Below, one piece after another: positions 13,263 through 25,004 of a DNA stretch of 64,000 bases. The DNA is from Octopus vulgaris (lineage: Eukaryota), in contig OX597830.1 in NCBI GenBank assembly GCA_951406725.2, positions 31,434,001 through 31,498,000 on the forward strand. Reading direction: 5' to 3'. Made by a program: the position numbers and the translations under genes. Positions within the stretch are counted from its first letter, which is position 1; the number at the start of each line of letters is the position of its first letter. Under the pieces are notes generated by a model, which saw only the letters and a program-made list of their open reading frames with translations, searched no databases and was not told the DNA's origin.

Positions 13263-14299
13263 TGGCTGCTATGCTGGTGGTTCAGGGTTATCATGCGATG
13301 GAGGTGAGAGGTGGTGCAGTTCGGGTGAGGTTGCGGTTGTAGTAGGGCCTGACTGGGATGTTGTTTATGATAGTGGATAGGGATGTTGTTTATGATGGGG
13401 ATAGGGCGTCGTTCGCAATGGTATGGGTTGGAAGACTAGTAGCAATGGTATGAGGATAACCAGGGTCTGGTTGCTGAACTGAATGGTGGAATGATACTTG
13501 TGCTTGTGGTGGTGGTGGTGGTGGTGGTGGTGGTGATATATCGCTGATGGAGTGGTGATAGTGGTGGTGGTGGTGGTAGAGCGTGTGCTGGAGTGGATAG
13601 TGGTATGGTGGTAGAGTATTGATAAATAGTCGGTATTTGTGTGGTGATGGAATTGCATTGGTGGTGGTGGCGGTGATAGTGGTCACTCATAGTAGTGAGG
13701 TGGTGTATGGTTATGGAGTAACGGAGTCGTGATGAATAGATTGAAGATGTATCAGTGGTGATGGTGGTGGTGGTGGTGATGGTGCTGGTGATGGTGATGG
13801 TGGTGAGTTGAAGGTAGTGGTAGTAGAGGTGGTGGTGATAGTGGTAATGATGGTTATGGTCGTGATGGCGGTGGGGTTGGGTGATGGTGGTTGTAGTGGT
13901 AAAGGTAGTGATGGAGATAGTGGTGATGATACTGATGGTGGTAATGGCAGTGGTGGTTGTGTGGTAGTGGCAGTTGTAGTGGGTGTAGTCGTGGTGGGGA
14001 TGGGGGTTGGGGTGGAGGTGGGAGTAGTGAGGTGCTAATGGTGGTGGTGGTGGTGGCAGTGGCAGTAGAGTAATGGTAGGAGCTGTGCTGGCTGGCTGGC
14101 TGGCAGAATGGATGGATGGATGGAGGGAGAGATGATTTCGACAAATTAGAGGTGGTTATGTTAGTGTTGATGTTATTGTTGTGAGTTGTGGCGGTGAAAT
14201 GAATTAAGCAAAAAAAAAAGAAAAAATTGCTATAGTCGCAGAAGTGGCTGTGTGGTAAGTGGAAGGGGGCCAGTGCCATCATATTGGCCTACTGGACTG

Positions 14300-14945
14300 T
14301 TGTTATCCGTTAGAGATGGGCCTCGTAGACCCAGGAACCCAAATATTAATACTGTGGTTTGCTTACTATAATAAATAGAACCCAATACATTGATTTTCCT
14401 GGTTGCCTCACGGGTCTAAAGGCTCAATTCTGATTTATGTATGTTGTGGGCTGTTGTCAACAAAATAAATACTTAGGCCCCAGCACTTTGATTTGTCCGG
14501 GAACCCCATGGGTTTAGGCACCCATTTTTGATCAATGTATTTTGTGGTTTGTTGTCAATAAATAAATAAATACTGTCGTGCCCAATGCACTGATTTGCGC
14601 GGGTTTCTTATGGGTTTAGGGTCCAAATTCTAATCTAATTTATGCTTGGATTGCCAATAGATAAGTTCTGTAGGGTCCAATACATTTATTTGCTCTGGAA
14701 CCTCATGGGGCGAGGGCCCAATTCTGATCTATGAATGTTATAGCTTATCAATAAATAAATTTTACAGGGCCCAGTGCAGTGATTTTCCTGGGGGCCTCAC
14801 AGTTTTAGGGGCCCAGTTGTGATCTATGTTGCTTTGGGTTGTCAATAAAGAAATGCTATAAGTCCCAATGTACTGGTTTGCCCGGAAACCTCTTGGGTCT
14901 AGAGGCCTAATTTTGAACGATGTATGCTCTGTTTGTCAATGAATA
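14300..14945. repeat. Diverged ~95-100-bp tandem array (6-7 units)
   Basis: Motif cccaNtNcaNtgattt recurs near 14381, 14479, 14581, 14677, 14771 and 14865; a monomer lies at 53160-53290. Confidence 0.85.
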
Positions 14946-15022
14946 CAAGATAAGCCAAACGTCACGCCTAAAATAAGCTCAATACACTCTGGAATTGTCG
15001 AAAACATGCTTCAATGTTTCTA

Positions 15023-15349
15023 GGAGCACTCCGTCGATTACGACGACGAGGGTCCCAGCTGATACGATCAGCAGAATAGCCAGCTCGTGAAATTAACGTG
15101 CAAGTGGCTGAGCACTCCACAGACACGTGTACCCTTAACGTAGTTCTCGGGGTAAATTCAGCGTGACACAGAGTGTGACAAGGCTGTCCCCTTTGAAATG
15201 CAAGCACTACTCATTTTTGCCAGCTGAGTGGACTGGAGCAACGTGAAATAAAATGTCTTGCTCAAGGACTCAACGCGTCGCCGGAAATTGAACTCACGAC
15301 CTTACAATCGTGAGCCGAATGCCCTAACCACTAAGCTACGCGCCTTCAC
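15023..15349 (-). mobile_element. tRNA(Arg)-like SINE family D (V-like core, tail shared with C)
   Basis: Perfect 12-bp TSD tcaatgtttcta (15011-15022 and 15350-15361). Confidence 0.92.
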
Positions 15350-15419
15350 TCAATGTTTCTAAAATTGAATAAAATGTCTAAAATAATGACGAATACATGA
15401 TGAACAAAATGACTAATTT

Positions 15420-15602
15420 TGGTTTCAAATTTTGGCACAAGGCCAGCAATTTCAGATGGGGAGTGAGTAAGTGGATTACATCGATCCCAGTGTTCAATTG
15501 GTATTTATTTTATCGACTCCAGAAGGGATGAAAGGTAAATCGACCTCGATGGAATTTGAACTCAAACCGTAAAGACGGGCGGAATACTGCGGAGCATTTT
15601 TG
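15420..15602 (-). mobile_element. SINE family B
   Basis: Meta-like core on the minus strand. Confidence 0.8.
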
Positions 15603-15608
15603 CTCCGT

Positions 15609-15856
15609 ATGATTTGGTGCATTGTATCATGACTTAGTAGAGAGACCTTGGTTAAAAGTGGTAGTGGTGGTAGTGATAGTGTTGGTGATGGTGGTGGTGA
15701 TGATAGTGGTGGTAGTGGTGTTGATGGTAGTGGAGCTGGTGGTAGTGGTGGTGATGGTGGTTTCCAGATTATTTTAAATCGCTCTATTCGAACATATTAT
15801 GAAAGACTTTTAACCAAGGTCTCTCTATTAAATCATGATACAATGCACCATATCAT
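15609..15856. repeat. 51-bp inverted repeat (48/51 identity) around a ~146-bp spacer
   Basis: Arms 15609-15659 and 15806-15856. Confidence 0.9.
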
Positions 15857-16048
15857 ACCACTGCATATTATAACACGGTGCACTGCAAAATCATATCACA
15901 CAACACCACGCTACAACATGCAGTGCTCTGTATATATAATGCTCTACTCTTCTGCACTTCACAGCACAACTATACATCACCTGATACTCCTGCTACGTAA
16001 CACTACAAGTACACTGCACTAGACCTTAACACATCAAAGTACACTATA

Positions 16049-16454
16049 ACAGGAGTGGCTGTGTAGTAAGTAGCTTGCTTACCAACCACATGGTTCCGGG
16101 TTCAGTCCCACTGCGTGGCACCTTCGGCAAGTGTCTTCTACTATAGCCTCGAGCGACCAAAGCCGTGTGAGTGGATTTGGTAGACGGAAACTGAAAGAAG
16201 CCCGCCGTGTATATATATATATATATGGGGGGGGGGGTGTATGTTTGTATGTCGGTGTTTGTCCCCCCAGCATCGCTTGACAACCGATGCTGGTGTGTTT
16301 ACATCCCCGTAAACTAGCGGTTCGGCAAAAGAGACCGATAGAATAAGTACTAGGCTTACAAAGAATAAGTTCGGGTGTCGATTTGCTCGACTAAAGGCGT
16401 TGCTCCAGCATAGCCGCAATCAAATGACTGAAACAAGTAAAAGAGTAAAAAAGT
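16049..16454 (+). mobile_element. SINE family A, near full length
   Basis: Head, internal microsatellite and tail all present. Confidence 0.92.
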
Positions 16455-16841
16455 GGATGGAAGCACTCCGTCGGTTACGACGACGTGGGTTCCGGTTGAT
16501 CCGATCAACGGAACAGCCTACTCGTGAAATTAACGTGTAAGTGGCTGAGCACTCCACAGACACGTGTACCCTTAACGTAGCTCTCGGGGATATTCAGCGT
16601 GACACAGAGAGTGACAAGGCCGGCCCTTTGAAATACAGGTACAACAGAAACAGGAAGTAAGAGTGAGAGAAAGTTGTGGTGAAAGAGTACAACAGGGATC
16701 ACCACCGTCCCTGCCGGAGCCTCGTGGAGCTTTTAGGTGTTTTCGCTCAATAAACACTCACAACGCCCGGTCTGGGAATCGAAACCACGATCCTACGACC
16801 GCGAGTTCGCTGCCCTAACCACTGGGCCATTGCGCCTCCAC
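16455..16841 (-). mobile_element. SINE family C, inserted in the tail of the A copy
   Basis: 11-bp TSD agtaaaaaagt (16444-16454 and 16842-16852). Confidence 0.92.
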
Positions 16842-16997
16842 AGTAAAAAAGTACAACACGTGCGAACGAAAAAGCCATTAAATCAGAAATGTGAACAACC
16901 CTTTCCCGAGAAGCGGGCCGCATGCGAGATGGTTCAATCATCAGGTAGGATACAGTACTAAAACAAAAATTCAAGGTAATTTCTTTGTTGGGCGTAA

Positions 16998-17205
16998 TGG
17001 CGTCGAGCTTGGTAGAATCGTTAACTCACCTGGCAAAATGCTTGGCCGCATTTCGTCCGTCTTTACGTTCTGGGTTCAAATTCCGCAGAGGTCGACTTTG
17101 CCTCTTATCTTTTCCGGCTCAATAAAATAACTACCATTTGAGCAATGGAGTCAATATTATCCTTACCCGAAAATTGCTTGCTTTGAGCCAAAATTTGAAA
17201 CCAAT
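16998..17205 (+). mobile_element. SINE family B
   Basis: ggcgtcgagcttggtagaatcgtta head plus gtcgactttgcct core. Confidence 0.8.
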
Positions 17206-17274
17206 ATTTCCTTAGGCGTGCCAATCAGAGAGGGTCCTGTGGGCAGCAGTTGTCCCATACTTGCATTGAATAGT

Positions 17275-17462
17275 CCACTCGACCTGTCTTGAAATAACAG
17301 CCAAAGCTCCTTTGAATAACATCTGACTGTTATAAAGACGTTAGAGGAAATTGTCCTCTAGGTAGAGGTAGACTATTTCTGGAAAATGAGTCGGGATTGT
17401 CACGGCTCCGATGTACAAGATCAGAAATTCCTCGATCAGGATCGACCGACTTGGACTAAACA
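17275..17462. repeat. Old dispersed repeat family J
   Basis: ctcgacctgtcttgaaataacagccaaag...gatcaggatcgac. Confidence 0.55.
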
Positions 17463-17993
17463 GCATCATCATCTTCATCGCCTTTATCAACCCCTCCATT
17501 CACTTCCCTCTCCTTCTCCTCCCCTTTCTCCTCATCCTCCTCCTCATCGTCGTCGTCGTCGTCATCATCATCATTACTCCCCCCCACCGCCACCACCACC
17601 ACCACCACCACCACCACCACCACCATCGCCATCATTATCGCCATCATCATCCCCGTCTCACCACCACTACTGCTACTACCACCCTCATTCTTATCCTCCT
17701 CATCAACCCCTCTATCTTCCTCCTCCTCCTCATCATCATCATCACTGCCACCTCAAATCATTATGCTACTACACTTCACCTACCAGAACCACCCTGTTAG
17801 TCGCCTTCTCTTCACTCTAAAGAGCTTCTCCATTCTTGCGACACATGATGAAGAACAGATGATGGTCGTTGATGACTAGACTACCGGGGTGGGTCGTGGT
17901 GGTGAGAGGGTGTGGAAAGAAGCTGGGTGGGTGGGGGACGAGAGTGAGAAGGACAGGATGCAGAAGAGATTGAGACACGGAATGGAATGCCTT

Positions 17994-18027
<34 letters not shown>

Positions 18028-18201
18028 GGTGTAGAAGGGGTGGCGTAGGTGTGTCTCAGTGAATGGTGATGGGTGTGGGACCACCCCGATCCAATGTAAG
18101 AATAGCCTCGTCCCTCGATTCCTTAATCTTGTAGAAAACAAGGTTACGTGTACACACACGCAGACACACACAGACAGACACTAACCCACTACACACCTAT
18201 G

Positions 18202-18252
<51 letters not shown>

Positions 18253-18415
18253 TGTCTCTCTGCTTCTCTGCCTCTCTCTCTCTTTCTTTCTCTCTCTCCT
18301 TCTCTCCCTCTCTCTTTCTCCCCCTCTCTCTCTATATATATATATACATGTATGTATGTGTGTATGTATGTATGTATGTATGTATGTATGTATATATATA
18401 TATATATATATACAT

Positions 18416-18452
<37 letters not shown>

Positions 18453-18690
18453 CATACATACAAAATTTAGAGGAATGATCACTAAATATGCTAAACATAG
18501 ATGTCAAGTTACCATTACCACGAAGAATGTGTTCTCAAGAAAAATCTCAGCGAAACGCCAAAATGTAAGAATGAGCAATACAAATGAAAATATACAAAAT
18601 AAAAAAAAACGATTGCCTACGTACCATGATTTCACTTGTTAACATCTACGTATGCAAACACGCAGATATATATATATATATATATATACA

Positions 18691-18925
18691 CAATTGCAGC
18701 GTGGAAGGTGTTTATAATCCATTTAAGAAACACACAAAAGCCGTTAGATTCACTTCAACATTTAAATTTAATTTGTCAAAATAGTTTCCGTCTACTAAAT
18801 CCACTCACAAGGCTTTGGTCGGCCTGAGGCTATAGTAGAAGACATTGGCCCAAGGTGCCACGCAGTGGAACTTAACCCGGGACAATGTGGTTGGCAAGCA
18901 AGCTACTTACCAAACAGCCACTCCA
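18691..18925 (-). mobile_element. Chimera of a family H pLTR-like segment and a SINE A 5' half
   Basis: 18691-18790 matches 21228-21368; 18784-18925 matches the SINE A head. Confidence 0.75.
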
Positions 18926-19108
18926 CTACAAACAAACCATTTGTACAAGTCTTTCAATAAGAGATTGCTGAACCGTCTTTCTCGGACTACGAGCGACACA
19001 CAAAAATATTCGTTGAATGTAGTTAGCAGAAGATGGGAATATTCAATTATTAATCCCAGCAAAACTTTTGCTAACTTCACAGAAAAGAGACAAATCATAT
19101 ACAGTTAT

Positions 19109-19426
19109 GGAAGCGCAATGGCCCAATGATTAGGGCAGCGGACTCGCGGCCGGAGGATCGCGGTTTCGATTCTCAGACCGGTTGTTGTGTGTGTTTATTG
19201 AGTGCAAAAACACCTAAAGCTCCACGAGGCTTCGGCAGAGCGTGGTGGTGAATCCTGTTGTACTCTTTCGGTCCAACTTTCTCACACTCTTTCTTCCTGT
19301 TTCTCGGGTAACGCTGCGATGGACTGGCGTCCCGTCCAGCAGGGGGAAACACATACGCCACAGAAACCGGGAAACCGGGCCCATGAGCCTGGCTAGGCTT
19401 GAAAAGGGCGCATAAATAAATAATGA
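19109..19426 (+). mobile_element. SINE with family C head and an alternative tail
   Basis: 12-bp TSD atatacagttat (19097-19108 and 19427-19438); tail ctgcgatggactggcgtcccgtccag..cagaaaccggg..(taaa)n. Confidence 0.9.
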
Positions 19427-19534
19427 ATATACAGTTATAGAACTTAATTGCCCCATACGGTTAAATACATTTGCTACATTTATTCCAGAATCAATGAGAA
19501 CGAAAACACGCATGGTTGACGGTTTCGAAACCTA

Positions 19535-20005
19535 AGCACTTATGAAGAGAGGAGCTCATAAGGCTCAAAACACAGTATTCGGTATTATAACAAGACATCC
19601 ATGTTAAGTTGGATATAAAGATTATTTTTGGGTATTAATAGTGTTTCCGTTGCTGATAATTAATTTCTAATAAGCATGCTGTGTATTTGCAACTGCAGTG
19701 TCCAATATGATGCTAATGTTCTATAGATCGTAGCAGCGTAATTTGACTGGCATGCGGTGACCGGACGCCTCCCACTGATGATCTTCAGAAGAATGAAATC
19801 ACTTGATATGGGAGTTCCGGCACCCACGTCAGATAATTCTTGTCTGCTACGATCTATGTGTGTGCTTTTATGCCCCCAAGAACTCGTATGGGAGGTTCTC
19901 TTAAGACTAATAACGTAGTTTTCGGTACTTTAAAAAGACATCCATATTAGGTTGGATATAAAAATTGCCTTTTGGTTTTAATACTGCTTCCATAATTAAT
20001 GAGTA
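19535..20005. repeat. Diverged ~130-bp direct repeats, 343 bp apart, flanking a hammerhead hairpin
   Basis: aagacatccat.tta.gttggatataaa at 19592 and 19935; ttcggta.t.taa upstream of both. Confidence 0.75.
19723..19857 (+). ncRNA. Type I hammerhead ribozyme motif at the tip of a ~135-nt rod-like hairpin
   Basis: ctccca-CTGATGA-tctt-cag-aaga-at-GAAA-tcacttga-TA-tgggag; stem I extended by ggtg.ccgga/tccggcacc and a perfect 14-bp atagatcgtagcag/ctgctacgatctat. Confidence 0.75.
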
Positions 20006-20021
20006 ATACTCAGATTTTTTG

Positions 20022-20230
20022 CCTTTCTACTATCGCCACAATGCCTGAAGTTTTGGGAGAGGCAGCTAGTCAATTACATCGACCTCAGTGTTTAACTGGT
20101 ACTTATTTTATTGACCTTGAAAGAATGAAAGGCACAGTCGACATCAGCAGGATTTGAATTCAAAATATATAGGCGGGTGAAATGCCGTTAAGCATCTTGT
20201 TCGAAGCGCTAAGGACTCTTCCAGCTCCTC
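20022..20230 (-). mobile_element. SINE family B (older variant)
   Basis: Meta-like core on the minus strand. Confidence 0.75.
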
Positions 20231-20261
20231 GACTTCAATTCAGCTTTATTGTGCTCACATC

Positions 20262-20440
20262 TGTCCCGTAATTATTGGTGTGTACTCTACTATATTGTTT
20301 TAAATGTGGAAATAATAATCCCCAAAGTGCTAGCAAATATTTTCGGATTGAGCAAGTAACAAGTTTATACAAACTTTACAAATACAATCTGCAAATGGCA
20401 AAAATAAAAATATGCGAGACTTTTCTAAAGTTTAGCATGT
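20262..20440 (+). mobile_element. Highly degraded 3' fragment of an RLE-type LINE (related to 51147-51375)
   Basis: PVIIG... and ..KFIQTLQIQSANG/KIKICETFLKF across frameshifts. Confidence 0.4.
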
Positions 20441-20589
20441 TAGTGTTCATCGTTTTTCTAACCAAAATTTTAGCAGCGACGAAGCTTTGTCTCATTGTTA
20501 TAAACCAGCTCTTTCTTTATAGGAAGAATTCAAATAACTTTTTAAAAAGCGAGATAAGCTACAATACTATAAGCTTATATCAAGGTGTC

Positions 20590-20874
20590 CACCAGACTAT
20601 AGCTTGTTATTATACATCACTTTCCACAATGCGCTTGGCATCGTTTAAGCTTTCGAATGGTTCCACCACGCTGGTTAGGCGAGCAGGCTAACGTTCCTCC
20701 TGATCGGAAGACTAGCCCATCGCAGAGTTGCCTATTTACAGACGAGTGGACTGGAGCAGCGTGAAATGAAGTGTCTTGCTCAAGAACACAACGTGCAGCC
20801 AGTCTGAGAATCGAAACAGCGATCTCACGACCATGAGTGCAAAACCCCCAAACCACTAGGCCACGAGCCTTTCA
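20590..20874 (-). mobile_element. SINE with D-type head and a third tail type
   Basis: gtgaaaggctcgtggcctagtgg head, gtgttcttgagcaagacacttcatttcacg core; tail shared with 46471-46760. Confidence 0.75.
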
Positions 20875-20904
20875 CATATAAGCACACGCATGCACGCACG
20901 CACG

Positions 20905-20956
<52 letters not shown>

Positions 20957-21170
20957 AATGAAAGCATAGGTGCGAAACTGAATATCACCAAGTGGTCGAT
21001 AACCGATGAAGAATTACAAACTATCTGTTTGTCCCCCGTTCGTTTTTTTACATTCAGTATACGTAATGTCGTTTGTTTATTTACCATACATTTTTTTCCA
21101 TTTATTTAGTAATGTGACGCAACACACAGCGAATTTGTATTAACATGTAAGTTTTATACGCACACATATA

Positions 21171-21264
21171 GGGAGATGTACTTGCATAGCAAGTGACTTG
21201 ATCTGAGATCGTGTGTTGAAACAAAAACAATTGCAGCGTGGAAGTTGTTTATAAGCCATTTAAG

Positions 21265-21314
<50 letters not shown>

Positions 21315-21660
21315 CCCCGATATGTTCACATCAATCTCTCAATTTAATCTGTGTCAAAATGTTTTCGTCGCTTTGAAACCGCGACCTGTTCACTGACAAA
21401 ACTTCGTGCAGCACGAGGTCGACTTTGCCTTTCATCCTTCCGGGGTCGATTAAATAAGTACCAGTTACGTCCTGGGAGTCGATGTAATCGACTTAATCTC
21501 TTTGTCTGTCCTTATTTGTCCCCTCTTTGTTTAGCCTCCTCTGGGCAATAAAGAAATAAATATTTTGACACAAATTAAATTTAAATATTGAAGTAAATCT
21601 AACGTTTTTTTTGTGTTCTTAAATGGCTTATAAACATCTTCTACGCCGCAATTGATTGAT
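21171..21660. mobile_element. Family H Penelope-like inverted arms separated by a SINE B fragment
   Basis: Left arm ~21171-21415 and right arm ~21560-21655 are reverse complements; SINE B 3' part at ~21416-21560. Confidence 0.65.
21352..21398 (-). ncRNA. Hammerhead-like motif with G3-C8 swapped core
   Basis: tgtca-GTGAACA-g-gtcgc-ggtttcaaa-gcgac-GAAA-acat-TT-tgaca; stems I and II pair perfectly. Confidence 0.55.
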
Positions 21661-21702
21661 TCTAGTTTCAGCTCATGAGCTGTGGCCATGCTGGGGCACC
21701 GC

Positions 21703-21742
<40 letters not shown>

Positions 21743-22281
21743 ATATCATTAAGTGTACGGTAGCAAATTCAACATGATGTACCGAAAATAAATCTTAATC
21801 AATGAAAATTACAATTATAACGGGATGGAAATTTGTATTATATTTTTGTTGTTTTTGTTGCTTAATCACAGGAATGTCTTGACGCAGAAGATATATGATG
21901 AATAGCATTGAAACCATGACTATCACATCGATTTCCTAACCCAAGAGAACTACGATGTGTTCAACGTGACCGCAGTATCCAACACATGGTGTGAACTGAG
22001 CGAAATCTAACTGCTGTTTTTAGCAGACAGAAACGACCACTTCGTTAGTTTCAACTGCTTGTTGATGGTGGTGTTGGCGTAGTGATAGTAGTATCAGTAG
22101 AAGTAGTAGCAGTAATATTAGTAGTAGAGATGGTGGTGGTGGTGGTGGTGGTGAGTATTAGTAATAGTGGCAGTGTTGGTGCTAGGTGTAGTGGTAGTAG
22201 AGGTGGGGATGGCAGTAGTAGTAATAATAGTTGTGGTGGTAGTAGTCGTCGTCGTTGGCGTAGCAGTATTAGTATTAGTAT

Positions 22282-22314
<33 letters not shown>

Positions 22315-23231
22315 CAGCAGCAGGAGCAGCACCAACTGTAGTAGTTGAAGTAATTGTGGTGGTAGTTTTGGTTTTGGTGGTAGTAGTAGTGGTTGTGGAC
22401 GTGGTGTAGGTGGTGTAGGAGGTGGTGGTGGTGGTGGTGGTGGGTAGTGTTGGCGGTAGTTGTAGCGGCCGCTGAGATACTAATTATCCTCATTTCTGCC
22501 AGAAAACTCGGAAACATGAAAACACAAAAGATAAAACACACCAAAATATATATCAAAAACAAAAATAAACGAAAACAGCCGCTGTGTGCTTGGCCGGCTG
22601 GCTGGCTGGCTGGCTGACCGGCTGGTCAGTCGGTCGGTAGGTCGGTTAGTCGGTTGGTTGACTGGTTGGCTGGTTGGTTGGCTGGCTGGTTGGTTGGTTG
22701 GTTGGTTGGTAGTGAAGGTGGATGGCGTGGTCAATGCGAATTGGTGTGGGTATAGGGTGTTAAAGGCTTGCTGGACACGAGCCATGGACGGTAACTAATA
22801 ATGACCGCAAGCTGGTCAGCGTGGAATCGGTCAGAAGTGTTTCAACGACTGATCACTTGAAGAGTGATAATTTCTCTGTGATGATTGTTACCAAATTGTA
22901 CCGAAAGGACTTGGGAAAGAGGCATCGCGCGCCCCACCCACCAACGCACACTAATATACACACTTCTGTACGCACACATGCACATATACATACACATATA
23001 AATACATCTACCTATAAACAATCAATAAGATCATTTGTATTCATTATAAGATCGATATATCAATTAATTCCTATATATTCTATATTTAACAATTCTTTAT
23101 ATATATATATATATATATATATACGACATTACACATCACATCATACATACATACACACGTCCAGACCTTTCATACGCACATACATACTCTCTCATACACA
23201 CACGCACCCTTATTTGGGGCGAGGTCATTTG

Positions 23232-23512
23232 ACCCTGTTATCTCCCCTACTATCCCTTTTGCGTCTAACGTCTGATCTCTGACTTCTGGCTGAAATCAGA
23301 CCGCCATGTTGAATCGTTAGCTCCTGCACGCATTTTTTTCTCTCCTTGTTTCTCTCCGTGTTTCTTTTCTATGTATCTTTCTGTTGAAGAGCGTAGGCTC
23401 GAAACGTAAAAGACTTGTTTTATTTCTATTCCTGAGCGCCATACTAATACAATTGTTTGTTTGTACTCCACCTGCCTTCGTCTTTTGTTTATTTTCGTAA
23501 AGCTTCCCGTTA
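23232..23512 (+). mobile_element. Family G Penelope-like pLTR with a minimal hammerhead variant
   Basis: tcttt-CTGTTGA-a-gagc-gtag-gctc-GAAA-cg-TA-aaaga at 23376-23413; ends in (TA)n; close match to 38325-38632 on the minus strand. Confidence 0.7.
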
Positions 23513-23525
23513 TATATATATGTAC

Positions 23526-23877
23526 GTGGAGGCGCAATGGCCCAGTGGTTGGGGCAGCGGTCATAGGATCGCGGTTTCGATTCCCAGACCGGGCGTTGTG
23601 AGTGTTTATTGAGCGAAAACACCTAAAGCTCCGCGAGGCTCCGGCAGGGGATGGTGGTGATCCCTGGTGTACTCTTTCACCCCAACTTACTCTCACTCTT
23701 ACTTCCTGTTTCTGTTGTACCTGTATTTCAAAGGGCCGGCCATGTCACTCTCTGAATATCCCCGTGTCTGTGGAGTGCTCAGCCACTTACACGTTAATTT
23801 CACGAGCAGGCTGTTCCGTTGATTCGGATCAACCGGAACCCTCGTCGTCGTAACCGACGGAGTGCTTCCATCCATCC

Positions 23878-23878
<1 letters not shown>
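23526..23878 (+). mobile_element. SINE family C
   Basis: Head, body and tail match 16455-16841 with small internal deletions. Confidence 0.9.
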
Positions 23879-23908
<30 letters not shown>

Positions 23909-23962
23909 TGTATGTATGTATGTATGTATGTATGTATGTATGTATGTATGTATGTATGTATG

Positions 23963-24015
<53 letters not shown>

Positions 24016-24038
24016 GTATACATATATATATATATATA

Positions 24039-24423
24039 GGCAGGGTCTTCCTATGATGCTGACATGCAGTGTCTGTGCAAGACCCTGCCTCAGTAAAGCT
24101 GGACTCAAGAGTCATCTTCGTTGTCATAAAGTGAGACAGATGAGTGACAACCTGGCTACTGGTGGTGGTGTAACACACCATACTAATCATATCTGTCGGG
24201 CATGTGGAAGAGAGTGTAATTCGGCAGGAGGACTTAAACGACATGCAAAGGTACATGAGGCCCAGTTACAACTACAGCCGGCTATTACCGGTAAAGGTTT
24301 TAGTTGCCAATTCTGCACAAGACATTGTAGATCTTTAGCTGGGCTAAAAAGTCACATTCGATCACAGCACCAGTAACAGTTAAGCTTCGTGCAATGGCCA
24401 TACTCGATAACGAGGGGGCAGCC

Positions 24424-24426
<3 letters not shown>
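24039..24426 (+). mobile_element. RTE-like LINE 3' end encoding three tandem C2H2 zinc fingers
   Basis: [64 protein letters not shown], stop at 24376; short 3' UTR hairpin ctcg-ataa-cgag then gggcagcc; no TGEKP linkers. Confidence 0.7.
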
Positions 24427-24458
<32 letters not shown>

Positions 24459-24461
24459 CTT

Positions 24462-24632
24462 CTATTTGTTTCAGTTAATGACTGCGACCATGCTGGGGCA
24501 TCGTCTTAAAAGACGTAGTCAAATGTATATTTTTTAAGCTTCGTTCTTATTCTATCGTTCTTTTTTGCCGAACCGCTAGGTTGCGGAGACGTAACTAAAC
24601 CAGCACTGATTGTGCAGCGGCAGTAGGGGACA
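24462..24632 (-). mobile_element. SINE family A, 3' half
   Basis: tgtttcagttaatgactgcgaccatgctggggca...gccgaaccgcta. Confidence 0.8.
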
Positions 24633-24769
24633 AATACATACATACATACATACATACATACATACATACATACATACATACATACATACATACATACACA
24701 CAAACTTACAAGTATGAAGACGGCAATTTGAAAGACATTAATTAGTTGTTAATTTCTACTTTGTTCAAC

Positions 24770-25004
24770 GGCGGTGAGCTAGCAGAATCGTTAGCACGTC
24801 GGGCGAAATGCTTAGCGGTATTTCGGCTGCCGTTACGTTGTGAGTTCAAATTCCGCCGAGGTCGACTTTGCCTTTCATCCTTTCGGGGTCGATAAATTAA
24901 GTACCAGTTAAGCACTGGGGTCGATATAATCGACTTAATAGCTATGTCTGTCCATGTTTGTCCCCTCTGTGTTTAGCCCCTTGTGGGTAATAAAGAAATA
25001 GGTA
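24770..25004 (+). mobile_element. SINE family B, full length
   Basis: ggcggtgagctagcagaatcgttagcacg...gtaataaagaaataggtat. Confidence 0.9.
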
